From Anaerolineae bacterium (GTDB lineage Bacteria; Chloroflexota; Anaerolineae; Aggregatilineales; Aggregatilineaceae): DNA of 41,225 nt. Below are positions 8,494 through 17,298 of this stretch, one piece after another. Each line of letters starts with the position of its first letter. Positions within the stretch are counted from its first letter, which is position 1. Where the stretch lies: positions 1-41,225 of the forward strand of contig JAGPFT010000001.1 in NCBI GenBank assembly GCA_018056405.1. Direction: 5' to 3'. Below the pieces are notes generated by a model. The model did no database searches. It saw nothing but the letters and a program-made list of their open reading frames with translations, and had not been told where the DNA came from. The position numbers were made by a program, and so were the translations under genes.

Positions 8494-9023
8494 ATCGTCC
8501 CCCGCCCGCGCACCTGCTCATCCGTCAGGTAGAGCCGCTGGCGCAGCCAGCGCGCGATATCGTCGGTGGCCCGACGCAGCGTCCGCCAGCGGGCCGATAG
8601 CACCACCAGCAGCGCGATCAACAGCGGAACTGAGACGGCAAAGGCCAGCGCGCGCAGCCTCAGAAACAACAGCACCGTGACCAGAAAGAACACCAGGAAC
8701 ACGATCAGCCCCTCGATGAGCACCTGATTGGCGGTGTCTTGGGTGATCGCGCCGTGCACCCATGTACCGCCCTTGGGGTGGGGATCGAGGTGGCCGACGA
8801 AGCGGATCGGGGACAGCCCCCCTGCGAACGTCCGCTCGATGGTGAACAGGCCATCGCGGGTCACCTGTGTGTGCTGGGCAATGGGCGTCAGCCTCGTCCC
8901 CGCGCCAGGCAGGGGGCTGGCATCGGCGCGGGCCAACCGGTCGCAGCATGCCTGCGGCTCCAGCGCGGTCACGAAGTCCACCCTGTGGCGCGGAGATTTG
9001 CGCTTGGCGCTGCTTTCAGTCAT
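8490..9023 (-). CDS. Hypothetical two-TM membrane protein, paralog 1 of a tandem triplet
   Basis: 177 aa. HRVDFVTALEPQACCDRL, IRFVGHLDPHPKGGTWVHGAI, two TM helices, C-terminal TDDIARWLRQRLY. AGGAGGTG lies upstream at 9037-9044. Confidence 0.6.
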   Translation of the reverse strand: MTESSAKRKSPRHRVDFVTALEPQACCDRLARADASPLPGAGTRLTPIAQHTQVTRDGLFTIERTFAGGLSPIRFVGHLDPHPKGGTWVHGAITQDTANQVLIEGLIVFLVFFLVTVLLFLRLRALAFAVSVPLLIALLVVLSARWRTLRRATDDIARWLRQRLYLTDEQVRGRGTM

Positions 9024-9235
9024 GGGTACAGAGTCTCACCTCCTGGCCCCTTCCATTGTACACCCCACCAGGCTGCGCACGCCCTGGCCCTCTGTGACAG
9101 GATTCTACCCGATTTCACGATCTATTCTACATGGTAGCTCAATTCGCGCCGGGACAGCGCCACCTGGGGATGCGCCAGGTGGGTTTTGCGCTGCTCCTGC
9201 CTGCGTCGAAGGGGCGCGGGCGCTACTTCAACTGC

Positions 9236-9265
9236 TTGACACGCTTCTGAGACTCGTCGTATAGT
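9236..9265 (+). promoter_or_regulatory. Near-consensus sigma70-type promoter (TTGACA-18-TATAGT) for the LacI/ABC operon
   Basis: TTGACA at 9236-9241, an 18-nt spacer, TATAGT at 9260-9265, about 95 nt upstream of ATG 9360. Confidence 0.55.
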
Positions 9266-9274
9266 AGGATTGAT

Positions 9275-9319
9275 ATCGTTTCCAACGTTTCTTCACTTGA
9301 ATACAAAAAAATCGTTTCC
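9275..9319 (+). promoter_or_regulatory. Candidate operator region: three CGTTTC copies just downstream of the -10
   Basis: ATCGTTTCC at 9275-9283 and again at 9311-9319; CGTTTC at 9286-9291. The position over the predicted transcription start fits autoregulation by the adjacent LacI-family protein, but there is no clean palindrome. Confidence 0.3.
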
Positions 9320-9359
9320 TGACAGAAAATCCACGACCTTAGCCTGAGGTTTGCTCCTG

Positions 9360-10397
9360 ATGCCCACCATTAAAGATGTCGCCAGGCGCGCCGGGGTGTC
9401 TGTCACCACCGTGTCGCGCGTCCTCAACCACCATCCCCACGTCACCGACGAACTGACAGAGCGCGTCCTGGCCGCCATCGAGGAACTGAACTACCGCCCC
9501 AGCCGCGTGGCGCAGCGTCTGCGCGCCACATCCAGCAAGCTCGTTGGCGTCATCTTCTCAGACATCACCAATCCCTTTTACATTCACGTATTGCAGGGCA
9601 TTGAGCATGTGTTCTCTCTGGGCGGATCGAGCGTCCTGATCGGCAATGCCGACGCCAATACCGATCGGGAAGCGTCCTTCATTCGCCTGATGCAAACCGA
9701 GGATGTGGGCGGTTTCATCATCGCGCCCACCCGTGAAGACTCCCCCGCCCTGGCCAGTGCCATCGCAGAGGGTCTGGCTGTGGTCGTCGTGGATCGCCGG
9801 ATGCGCAATGTCGAAGTGGATACGGTGATGGTCAACAACTTCGAGGGATCGCTTAAGGCGATCCATCACCTGATCCAGCTTGGCCATACGCGCATTGGCG
9901 TGGTCAGCGGTCCCCTGCACTTGACGACCGGACGCGAGCGTTACGCGGGCTACCTGCAGGCCATGGCCGATGCCGGTCTGCGCGTGGACTCCTCTTTGAC
10001 CCGTTTCGGCGACTACCGGCAGAGCAGCGGCTATGAGCTTGCCCAGCAGTTGCTCAACCTGCCTGACCCTCCAACAGCAATGTTCGTCGCCAACAACCAA
10101 ATGACCATTGGCGCGCTCAACGCGATCCACGAGGCCGGGAGAAACATCCCGTCTGACATCGCCGTGGTTGGCTTCGACGAACTGTCCTGGGCCATTTCGC
10201 TCAACCCACCCCTGACGACAGTCGCCCAGCCGGCCTTTGAGATCGGGGTGAATGCCGCGCGCTTGCTCCTTGAGCGCATCGCCGATCCCCTGCGTCCAAC
10301 GCACACCGTTGTCCTGGAGACCGAGTTGATCGTCCGCGCCTCGTGCGGCAGTCCCGTTCAACACAAGTCATTGCGAGAGGAGGTCACCAACAGCTAA
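9360..10397 (+). CDS. LacI-family transcriptional regulator
   Basis: HTH TIKDVARRAGVSVTTVSRVLN followed by a periplasmic-binding-fold effector domain (VGVIFSDITNPFY..., VVGFDE). Start taken at ATG 9360, with GAGG at 9346-9349; the ORF track starts at TTG 9351. Confidence 0.9.
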   Translation: MPTIKDVARRAGVSVTTVSRVLNHHPHVTDELTERVLAAIEELNYRPSRVAQRLRATSSKLVGVIFSDITNPFYIHVLQGIEHVFSLGGSSVLIGNADANTDREASFIRLMQTEDVGGFIIAPTREDSPALASAIAEGLAVVVVDRRMRNVEVDTVMVNNFEGSLKAIHHLIQLGHTRIGVVSGPLHLTTGRERYAGYLQAMADAGLRVDSSLTRFGDYRQSSGYELAQQLLNLPDPPTAMFVANNQMTIGALNAIHEAGRNIPSDIAVVGFDELSWAISLNPPLTTVAQPAFEIGVNAARLLLERIADPLRPTHTVVLETELIVRASCGSPVQHKSLREEVTNS

Positions 10398-10428
10398 GAA
10401 CCGATCGTCAGCGAGATCGTTCGTTTTT
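10398..10428 (+). terminator. Hairpin plus T-run immediately after the LacI stop (leaky terminator or attenuator)
   Basis: GAACCGATC...GATCGTTC stem (one bulge) followed by GTTTTTG. Only about 15 nt separate it from the SBP ribosome-binding site GGAGGA (10434-10439). Confidence 0.4.
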
Positions 10429-10445
10429 GCCGTGGAGGAAGCACT

Positions 10446-12053
10446 ATGAATACCAAGAAGCTGTTTCGACTTTGTGGGCCGATCCTCGTACTGGCATTGC
10501 TGTTGAGCGGTTGGATCAGCGCCAGCCCGCTTCAGGCCCAGGACGATGAGAACGTGCTGGTCATTGCGATCTCGGGCGATGTCGAGACTCTGGACCCGCC
10601 GTTTTCGCGTTTCCAGCGTTCCAATGAAGTGAACTACAACATCTACGATCAGTTCTTCCGCTACGGGTGGTACGATACCGGTGAGGGCTACAGTACCACC
10701 GATGTGAGCGTCATCGAGGGTGCCGCCGTCGAGTCGTGGGTCTGGTCCGATGATGGGCTGTCCATCACCCTCAACATCCGCCAGGGGGTGACCTTCCCCA
10801 AGACCGGGCGCGAAGTGACCGCCGATGACTTCATCTACTGGTTCGAGCGGGCCTATGGCACGCAGTCTGGTACCGAATGGAACTGCCTGACGGCTAACAT
10901 CAATAGCATGGATCAGGTGGAGAAGCTGGGCGACTACCAGCTGAAGATCAACTTCTCCGCCCCCAGCCCCTGGTTCTTCTACCTGTTCCGCGACCAGTCG
11001 CAGGCACCGATGGACGCCCTGGAGGCCCAGGCGCACGTCGAGAGCGATGACCCCTGGGCAACTCGCTGGCTCGCCAAGAATGACATTGGGTCGGGCGAGT
11101 TCTACGTCGAAAGCTGGGAAGCCGGCGTTGAGATGGTGCTGCGTGCCAACCCCGACTACTGGGATGGCCCCGCTTTCTTCGACCAGGTGATCCTGCGCGT
11201 CATCCCGTCCTCGGCAGACCGCGCCCTGCTGCTCCAGCAAGGCGAAGTGGACATCGCCAAGGACCTGAGCGCAGACGAACTGAACCTGCTGCGCGACAGC
11301 CCCGGCGTCAAGATTCTGTCTGTGCCGACGCGCAACCAGATGATCCTCGGCTTCAACGTGCAGAAGGAACCCTTCACCAACAAGCTGGTGCGCCAGGCGC
11401 TGACCTATGCTGTGCCTCAAGAAGCCGTGCTGAACGGCATCTTCAAAGGCAACGGGCTGATCTCAAAGGGGCCGATCCCTGTCGCCGGCCAGTTCCACGA
11501 TAGCACGCTGTGGCCCTACAGCTACGACCTGGAGAAGGCCAAGCAACTCCTGGCCGAGGCTGGCTATCCCGACGGCTTTGAGTTCACGCTGGACATCGCC
11601 CAGGGCGATCCGACCTCCGAGCAGATCGCCATCCTGCTGCAGGACGCCTTCGCTCAAATCGGCGTGAACATGACCATCAACCGCCAGCCATCAGCAGTGT
11701 TTGCCGAGCAGCTTGGCACGCTGGAGCACCAGGCCTGGATGCGCGATCTGCTGTGGTACGTGGACGACGCAGGTTACACAGGCAAGCTGTTCTTCGAGAC
11801 AGGGGCCGTCGCCAACTGGATGGGCTACAGCAACCCAGACCTCGATGCCGTCATTGACGAGTTGGCCAGCACGCTCGATCCAGACCGCAAGGTCGAGCTT
11901 GCCGCCGAGTATCAGCGTATTCTCAACGACGACGCGCCGGCGTTGTACGTTGTGGATATGCCGTTCGAGATCGCCATGCGCGACGACATCCAGGGCTACG
12001 TGCAACTGCCCGACAACCTTCTGTGGTACTATCCGCTCTATCGTGGGGAGTGA
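10446..12053 (+). CDS. ABC transporter substrate-binding protein, family 5 (Opp/Dpp/Nik type)
   Basis: 535 aa. Signal-like N-terminus LFRLCGPILVLALLLSGWISASPLQA. Family-5 hallmarks: LVIAISGDVETLDP, WSDDGLSITLNIRQGVTF, ANPDYWDG, GYPDGFEFTL. Confidence 0.85.
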   Translation: MNTKKLFRLCGPILVLALLLSGWISASPLQAQDDENVLVIAISGDVETLDPPFSRFQRSNEVNYNIYDQFFRYGWYDTGEGYSTTDVSVIEGAAVESWVWSDDGLSITLNIRQGVTFPKTGREVTADDFIYWFERAYGTQSGTEWNCLTANINSMDQVEKLGDYQLKINFSAPSPWFFYLFRDQSQAPMDALEAQAHVESDDPWATRWLAKNDIGSGEFYVESWEAGVEMVLRANPDYWDGPAFFDQVILRVIPSSADRALLLQQGEVDIAKDLSADELNLLRDSPGVKILSVPTRNQMILGFNVQKEPFTNKLVRQALTYAVPQEAVLNGIFKGNGLISKGPIPVAGQFHDSTLWPYSYDLEKAKQLLAEAGYPDGFEFTLDIAQGDPTSEQIAILLQDAFAQIGVNMTINRQPSAVFAEQLGTLEHQAWMRDLLWYVDDAGYTGKLFFETGAVANWMGYSNPDLDAVIDELASTLDPDRKVELAAEYQRILNDDAPALYVVDMPFEIAMRDDIQGYVQLPDNLLWYYPLYRGE

Positions 12054-12083
12054 GTCCCTCCCTCACCGCTGACTGAACGTTGC

Positions 12084-12113
12084 GGTCGGGGCGTGCTCAT
12101 CCACGCCCCGACC
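12084..12113 (+). terminator. Perfect 12-bp GC hairpin after the SBP gene (intra-operon attenuator or mRNA stabiliser)
   Basis: GGTCGGGGCGTG-ctcatc-CACGCCCCGACC. There is no U-tract. Confidence 0.45.
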
Positions 12114-12142
12114 CACTCTGACACACGGGCGAACACACCGCT

Positions 12143-13171
12143 ATGCTCGAAACGCTGCGCGAATGGGGATTCTTCCTGGGCAAGAGACTGGCGATCTTGC
12201 TGATCTCGCTCGTCCTCGTGTCCATCATCACCTTCTCGGTGACGCACTTCATCGGCAATCCGGTGTACCTGCTCGTCGGCCCGCGCCACACGCAGCAGAT
12301 GCTCGACAACATGATCCGCGACCTGGGGCTGGATCAACCGCTCTGGCGGCAGTACCTGAACTACGCGGGCAACCTGCTGCAAGGCGACCTCGGCACCTCG
12401 CGCTATTCGTACAATCCGGTCATGCAAGACATTCGCTCGCGGCTGCCGGCCACATTGGAACTTTCGACGTTCGCCCTTCTGCTCGGCGTCCTGTGGGCCG
12501 TCCCGGCGGGCATCCTGGCGGGCAGCCGCCCGCGCAGCCGCTTCGCCCGCGTCGTGGACGCGATCGCTCAGGCCGGCGTCTCCATGCCCAGTTTCTGGCT
12601 GGGGCTGCTGCTCATCTACGTTTTCTTCGCCGAGCTAAGCTGGCTGCCCGCGCCGTTGGGCCGCATAGACCGGCAGTACCGCGCCGTCACGCAGGTGACC
12701 GGCTGGTACACCATAGACACCCTGTGGGCCGGGAACTGGGACGCTTTTGTGTCCAGCATTAAGCACCTGATCCTGCCCGCGCTGACGCTGGCCATCACTA
12801 CCAGCCCCAGCACGCTGCGCATCGCCCGCAGCAAGACTGAAGAAATCATGCAGAGCGACTATATTCGCTCGGCGCGCGCCTTCGGCCTGCCCAACAGCAC
12901 CATCCGCCGCTACGCCTTCAAGAACATGCTGGCGCCGGTCATCACCATGATTGCCATGACCTATGGCTACCTGCTGAGCGGCACTGTCCTGGTGGAGATC
13001 ATCTTCACCTGGCCGGGGCTGGGCCTTTACGCCGTTGACGCGATGAACCATTCGGACTACGAGCCAGTAATGGGCGTGGTGCTGCTCAGCGCCGGCTTCT
13101 ACCTGTTCATCTACCTGCTGGCCGACATCATCACCGCCCTGATTGACCCGCGCGTGCGGGTCACCAAGTAG
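12143..13171 (+). CDS. ABC transporter permease (DppB/OppB-like)
   Basis: 342 aa, multi-TM. N-terminal LGKRLAILLISLVLVSIITFSV...DLGLDQPLWRQY and an EAA-type loop DYIRSARAFGLPNSTIRRYAFKNMLAPV. Confidence 0.88.
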   Translation: MLETLREWGFFLGKRLAILLISLVLVSIITFSVTHFIGNPVYLLVGPRHTQQMLDNMIRDLGLDQPLWRQYLNYAGNLLQGDLGTSRYSYNPVMQDIRSRLPATLELSTFALLLGVLWAVPAGILAGSRPRSRFARVVDAIAQAGVSMPSFWLGLLLIYVFFAELSWLPAPLGRIDRQYRAVTQVTGWYTIDTLWAGNWDAFVSSIKHLILPALTLAITTSPSTLRIARSKTEEIMQSDYIRSARAFGLPNSTIRRYAFKNMLAPVITMIAMTYGYLLSGTVLVEIIFTWPGLGLYAVDAMNHSDYEPVMGVVLLSAGFYLFIYLLADIITALIDPRVRVTK

Positions 13172-13203
13172 CCGGAACACGCTTGAGGGCATCAGGATCG
13201 ATC

Positions 13204-14082
13204 ATGACGACTGCCACCGCAAGCCCGAAAACCGCCTCTTTCGCCCGACCGTCGCCCCTGCGCCGTCTGGTGGACGCGAACGGTTTTTGGCGCGTGACGA
13301 TCAATTTCGGCATCCTGCTCGTCTTCATCAGCCTGGGGATTCTCGCGCCAGTGCTCCCGCTGCAAAACCCGGTAAAGCCCAACCCGATGAACACGCTACA
13401 ACCGCCCTCGGCTGAACACTGGTTCGGCACCGATCGCGATGGGATGGACATCTTCTCGCGGACGATCCACGCCATCCGCACCGACTTCACGCTGGCGATC
13501 AGCTCCGTCCTGATCGGCATTGTACTGGGCGTGCCGCTGGGGGCTATTTCGGGCTACTACGGCGGCCTGTTGGATAACGTCATCACGCGCATCACCGAGG
13601 TCTTTCAAGGCTTCCCTCAAATCCTGTTCGGCATGGCTTTCATCGCCGCTGCGGGGAACACGCTGACCAACGTCGTGCTGATCGTGGCCTTCTACAACAT
13701 CCCCGTCTACAGCAAGATGGTGCGCAGCGTGGTTGTGCCGCTGCGCGACGTGGAGTTTGTCCAGGCGGCGCGCGTGGCCGGCAACCCTTCGCTGACCATC
13801 GTCTTCCGGCACATCATCCCCAACGCGCTGGTGCCCGTCTTCGCCCAACTTCCGCTGAGCTGTGCCTACGCGGTGCAGATGATCGCCGGCCTCAGCTTCA
13901 TCGGGCTGGGCGTGGAGATTCCCAAGCCCGAATGGGGTTCGATGATCCAGGTCGGCGCCAACTACATCGTGTTCGGCAAGTGGTGGCTCTCGGTCTTCCC
14001 TGGGCTGGCGCTGTTCTGCTCGGTGTGGGTGCTCAATAACCTCAGCGACATCCTGAAATCGCTGTGGTCAAGGCGGGTGTAG
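13204..14082 (+). CDS. ABC transporter permease (DppC/OppC-like)
   Basis: HWFGTDRDGMDIFSRTI and EFVQAARVAGNPSLTIVFRHIIPNALVPV. ATG 13204 preferred over TTG 13183. Confidence 0.85.
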   Translation: MTTATASPKTASFARPSPLRRLVDANGFWRVTINFGILLVFISLGILAPVLPLQNPVKPNPMNTLQPPSAEHWFGTDRDGMDIFSRTIHAIRTDFTLAISSVLIGIVLGVPLGAISGYYGGLLDNVITRITEVFQGFPQILFGMAFIAAAGNTLTNVVLIVAFYNIPVYSKMVRSVVVPLRDVEFVQAARVAGNPSLTIVFRHIIPNALVPVFAQLPLSCAYAVQMIAGLSFIGLGVEIPKPEWGSMIQVGANYIVFGKWWLSVFPGLALFCSVWVLNNLSDILKSLWSRRV

Positions 14083-14085
14083 CCG

Positions 14086-15036
14086 ATGGCACTGGTGGAC
14101 ATTCAGAACCTGCGCGTGCAGTTCCACGTCGGGCGCGATGTGGTCTACGCCTTGCGCGGCATCTCCATGCAGGTCGAGCGCGGCACGCGCACCGCCATCG
14201 TCGGCGAGAGCGGCTCTGGCAAGACCGTCACGGCCACGAGTATGCTCCGCCTGCTGCCGCCCACTGCCCGCATCACCGAGGGGCGTATTCTGTTCCAGGA
14301 CGCCGATCTGCTGGCGCTGAGCGAGAACGAGCTGCACCGGATCAGGGGATCGCAAATCTGCATGGTCTTTCAGAACGCTGCGGCAGCGCTCAACCCGCTG
14401 TACCCAGTGGGCCAGCAGATTGCCGATGTGTATCGCCATCATAACGGCGGGAGCAAGCGCGAAGCCTGGCAACGAGCGGTTGAGGTTCTGGCCGCGACCG
14501 GCATCCCGCACCCCGAAGACCGGGCGCGCAGCTACCCCTTCGAATACAGTGGCGGTATGGCCCAGCGCGCAATGATCGCCATGGCTCTGGTCTGTTCTCC
14601 CCAACTGCTCATCGCCGACGAACCGACCAGCGGCCTGGACGTGACCATTCAGGTGCAGGTGCTCGACCTTATCCAGGAGGTAGTCGAGAAGCTCGGCGCT
14701 ACGCTGATGCTGATCTCGCACGACATCGGCCTGGTGTCGGCCATCTGCGACCGGGTGATCGTGATGTATGCCGGGACAGTGATGGAGACGGGCACCGCCA
14801 GCCAGGTGTTGGAGCGCCCAGCCAATCCCTACACCATCCGGCTGCTGGAATGTTTCGCGGGCACGAACGGCGAGGAAATGCCCTTCATCCCAGGCCGCGT
14901 GCCCGACCTGCGCGAGCAGTGGCAGGGGTGCAGCTTCGCGGGGCGCTGCCCGCGCGTGCAGGACCTCTGCTGGCGAGAGGCCCCTGCCGTCCGCCAAGTC
15001 GAGCCAGGGCATCACAGCGCCTGTCATTTTTCGTAG
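14086..15036 (+). CDS. ABC transporter ATP-binding protein (DppD/OppD-like)
   Basis: Walker A GESGSGKT, signature YSGGMAQR, Walker [14 protein letters not shown]-terminal oligopeptide-type extension with Cys residues. Confidence 0.9.
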   Translation: MALVDIQNLRVQFHVGRDVVYALRGISMQVERGTRTAIVGESGSGKTVTATSMLRLLPPTARITEGRILFQDADLLALSENELHRIRGSQICMVFQNAAAALNPLYPVGQQIADVYRHHNGGSKREAWQRAVEVLAATGIPHPEDRARSYPFEYSGGMAQRAMIAMALVCSPQLLIADEPTSGLDVTIQVQVLDLIQEVVEKLGATLMLISHDIGLVSAICDRVIVMYAGTVMETGTASQVLERPANPYTIRLLECFAGTNGEEMPFIPGRVPDLREQWQGCSFAGRCPRVQDLCWREAPAVRQVEPGHHSACHFS

Positions 15037-15055
15037 TCTACCTGGGCTGGCTGTC

Positions 15056-16108
15056 ATGAATGCAGACGATGCATTGGTTGTTCAGAACGCAGTCAAGGTC
15101 TTCACGGTGCGCCGGCGCAGCCTCAAGCGCGTCAGCATGACCGCCGTAGATGATGTCTCGCTCACCGTCAGGCGTGGCGAGACGGTCGGGCTGGTCGGCG
15201 AGAGCGGTTCGGGCAAGTCCACGCTGGGACGGGCAATCCTGCGGCTGCTTGATCTGGACGGCGGCAAAATTCTCTTTGAAGGTCGGGAAATTCAAGGGCT
15301 GAGCGAGCGGGAGTTTCGCCCTCTGCGCGCCAAGATACAGATGGTCTTCCAGAACCCGGCTACCTCGTTCAACCCAACTATGACCATCGGCCAAACCCTG
15401 GTGGACGCCATGCGCCTCGCCAGGCACCTGACCCTCAAGCAAAAAGAGCAGCGGGCGCTGGCGCTGCTGGATCAGATGCAGCTTGACGAGCGCTTTGCGG
15501 CACTCTACCCCTACGAGATGAGCGGCGGCCAACTCCAGCGGGTGGCGTTGGCCCGCGCCCTGGCTCCAGAACCGGACTTCATCTTCCTGGACGAGCCAAC
15601 TGCCGCCCTGGACATGTCTGTCCGAGGGCAGATCATCAACCTGCTGCTGAGCCTGCAGCGGCAGAGCAGGCTGAGCTTCGTCTTCGTCTCGCACGATCTG
15701 CGCGTCATCCGCTACATCGCCAACCGCGTGTACGTCATGTACCTGGGCCAGGTCGTGGAGACCGGTACCAAGCGCACCGTATTCGAGACTCCGCGCCATC
15801 CCTACACCAGAGCCTTGCTGGCCGCCACGCTGATCGGGCAGGCCGAGCGCGGCGAGATGCGGCGCGCGGGGATGCTGGCCGGAGAAGTGACCCAGGAAGC
15901 GCCGGACTTCGCGGGCTGTAAATTGTACGGACGCTGCCGCGTGGCGGCAGATCGCTGCGCCCGCGAGCCACAGGCCCTGCGCGCTATCGCGCCGGATCAT
16001 TGGGCGCGCTGCTGGCGCGCCGAAGAACTGGCCCAGAGTGGCTGGCCTGCTGAGAGCAGCGCGGCGAAGGAAAGCCCGCCAACCGGCCCACAGCAGGCAA
16101 TCGTGTGA
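15056..16108 (+). CDS. ABC transporter ATP-binding protein (DppF/OppF-like)
   Basis: Walker A GESGSGKS, signature MSGGQLQR, Walker B FIFLDEPTAALD, RHPYTRALL motif. Confidence 0.9.
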   Translation: MNADDALVVQNAVKVFTVRRRSLKRVSMTAVDDVSLTVRRGETVGLVGESGSGKSTLGRAILRLLDLDGGKILFEGREIQGLSEREFRPLRAKIQMVFQNPATSFNPTMTIGQTLVDAMRLARHLTLKQKEQRALALLDQMQLDERFAALYPYEMSGGQLQRVALARALAPEPDFIFLDEPTAALDMSVRGQIINLLLSLQRQSRLSFVFVSHDLRVIRYIANRVYVMYLGQVVETGTKRTVFETPRHPYTRALLAATLIGQAERGEMRRAGMLAGEVTQEAPDFAGCKLYGRCRVAADRCAREPQALRAIAPDHWARCWRAEELAQSGWPAESSAAKESPPTGPQQAIV

Positions 16109-16149
16109 TATGTGATATTCATCGAGGCTTGTTATCTGGAGGGAATCCC

Positions 16150-17169
16150 ATGTTTTCCGAACTTGGCAGCGCCGACCTCGTAGGCATGTTCACGCACGAG
16201 TTGCGCCTGTGCAAGGTGCAGCCGGGCGAGAACGTGCTCATCTTTACCGACCCGCGTTTTCTGCACCCCGCCTATCCGCCCGCCGCGTTCGCGGCTGCGT
16301 CCAGCCTGGGGGCGAACGCCTACATCCTGGTCTCGCAGGGCGATCAGCGCTTTGATGACGCGCTTGTGCGCGCCGCCTGGCAGAACGCCGACCTGATCCT
16401 GGGTATGAGTATGCTGCCGCGCGGTATCGGCTCGTGGATGTACACCGATACGCATAACGCCGCGCTCAAGGCGGGCGCGCGCGTGCTGATGGTGCAGGAG
16501 CCGCTGGACGTGCTTAAGCGCATGTTGCCCACCGAGCAGGTACGTCGCAGAGGGCTGGCGGGGGCACAGCGTCTCCAGGAAGCCAAAGAGATCCATATCG
16601 TCTCCGCCGCCGGCTCAGACTACGTGCTGCGCAAGGATGAGCGCAAAGCTATGTATCAGTGCGGCATTGCCGACGAGCCGGGGCGCTGGGATCACTGGCC
16701 GTCCGGTCTGGTGGCGTGCGCGCCCCTGGAAGACAGCGCCGAGGGGCGCTACGTGATCGAGCCGGGCGATGTCTTGCTGGGGATGTGGCGTCACGCGCAG
16801 AGTCGCGTCGCGCTGACCATCGAGAAGGGAAAGATTGTCAAGATCGAGGGCGGCCCGGACGCCTACCTGCTCCAATCGCATCTGGAGCGGGCCGGTGACG
16901 AGGGAGCGTTCCGCTTCTCGCACGCGGGCTGGGGCATTGACGAACGCGCAGACTGGGGTCATGTGGGCATGGACTCAGAGTCGAAGTACGGCACGATTCT
17001 GGTGGCGATTGGCCGCAACACCTTCGACGCCCCTGCCCCCTATTGCGGGCTGGGTGGCAAGAATGTCTCAGAGGTCCACTGCGACATTTGCTGCCGCAAC
17101 ACAAGCCTGTACCTGGATGGCGAGCTGATCGTCGAGAACGAGCAGTTCGTCGCCAGGGAACTGGGCTAG
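16150..17169 (+). CDS. M29-fold metalloenzyme, NicX (2,5-dihydroxypyridine dioxygenase)/aminopeptidase-T-like; substrate unknown
   Basis: KRMLPTE, ADEPGRWDHWPSG, SHAGWG and EVHCDI (H-x-D) match my recollection of the NicX/M29 family. ATG 16150 has GGAGGG 6 nt upstream. The ORF track starts at GTG 16105, which forms a GTGA overlap with the preceding gene. Confidence 0.55.
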   Translation: MFSELGSADLVGMFTHELRLCKVQPGENVLIFTDPRFLHPAYPPAAFAAASSLGANAYILVSQGDQRFDDALVRAAWQNADLILGMSMLPRGIGSWMYTDTHNAALKAGARVLMVQEPLDVLKRMLPTEQVRRRGLAGAQRLQEAKEIHIVSAAGSDYVLRKDERKAMYQCGIADEPGRWDHWPSGLVACAPLEDSAEGRYVIEPGDVLLGMWRHAQSRVALTIEKGKIVKIEGGPDAYLLQSHLERAGDEGAFRFSHAGWGIDERADWGHVGMDSESKYGTILVAIGRNTFDAPAPYCGLGGKNVSEVHCDICCRNTSLYLDGELIVENEQFVARELG

Positions 17170-17223
17170 GGCCTGCGATCCAGTTCTGGGCTGCGCAGGA
17201 CGAAAGCGGCAGCGCGGCAACTT

Positions 17224-17260
17224 AAGTCCCCTCGCCCATGTGGACCCGGCGAGGGGACTT
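17224..17260. terminator. Bidirectional terminator hairpin between convergent genes
   Basis: Perfect 13-bp stem AAGTCCCCTCGCC / GGCGAGGGGACTT with an 11-nt loop. It lies between the stop at 17169 (+) and the stop at 17299 (-). Confidence 0.6.
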
Positions 17261-17298
17261 GTGGCCAGAGCCTGGTGCGACCCTGGTTTACTCCGCAG

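Noticed and set aside
17170-17298. Possible small gene or sRNA between the convergent NicX-like and kinase genes
   Set aside because: The only strong signal is the 13-bp perfect hairpin. It is adequately explained as a bidirectional terminator, and there is no ORF with a ribosome-binding site.
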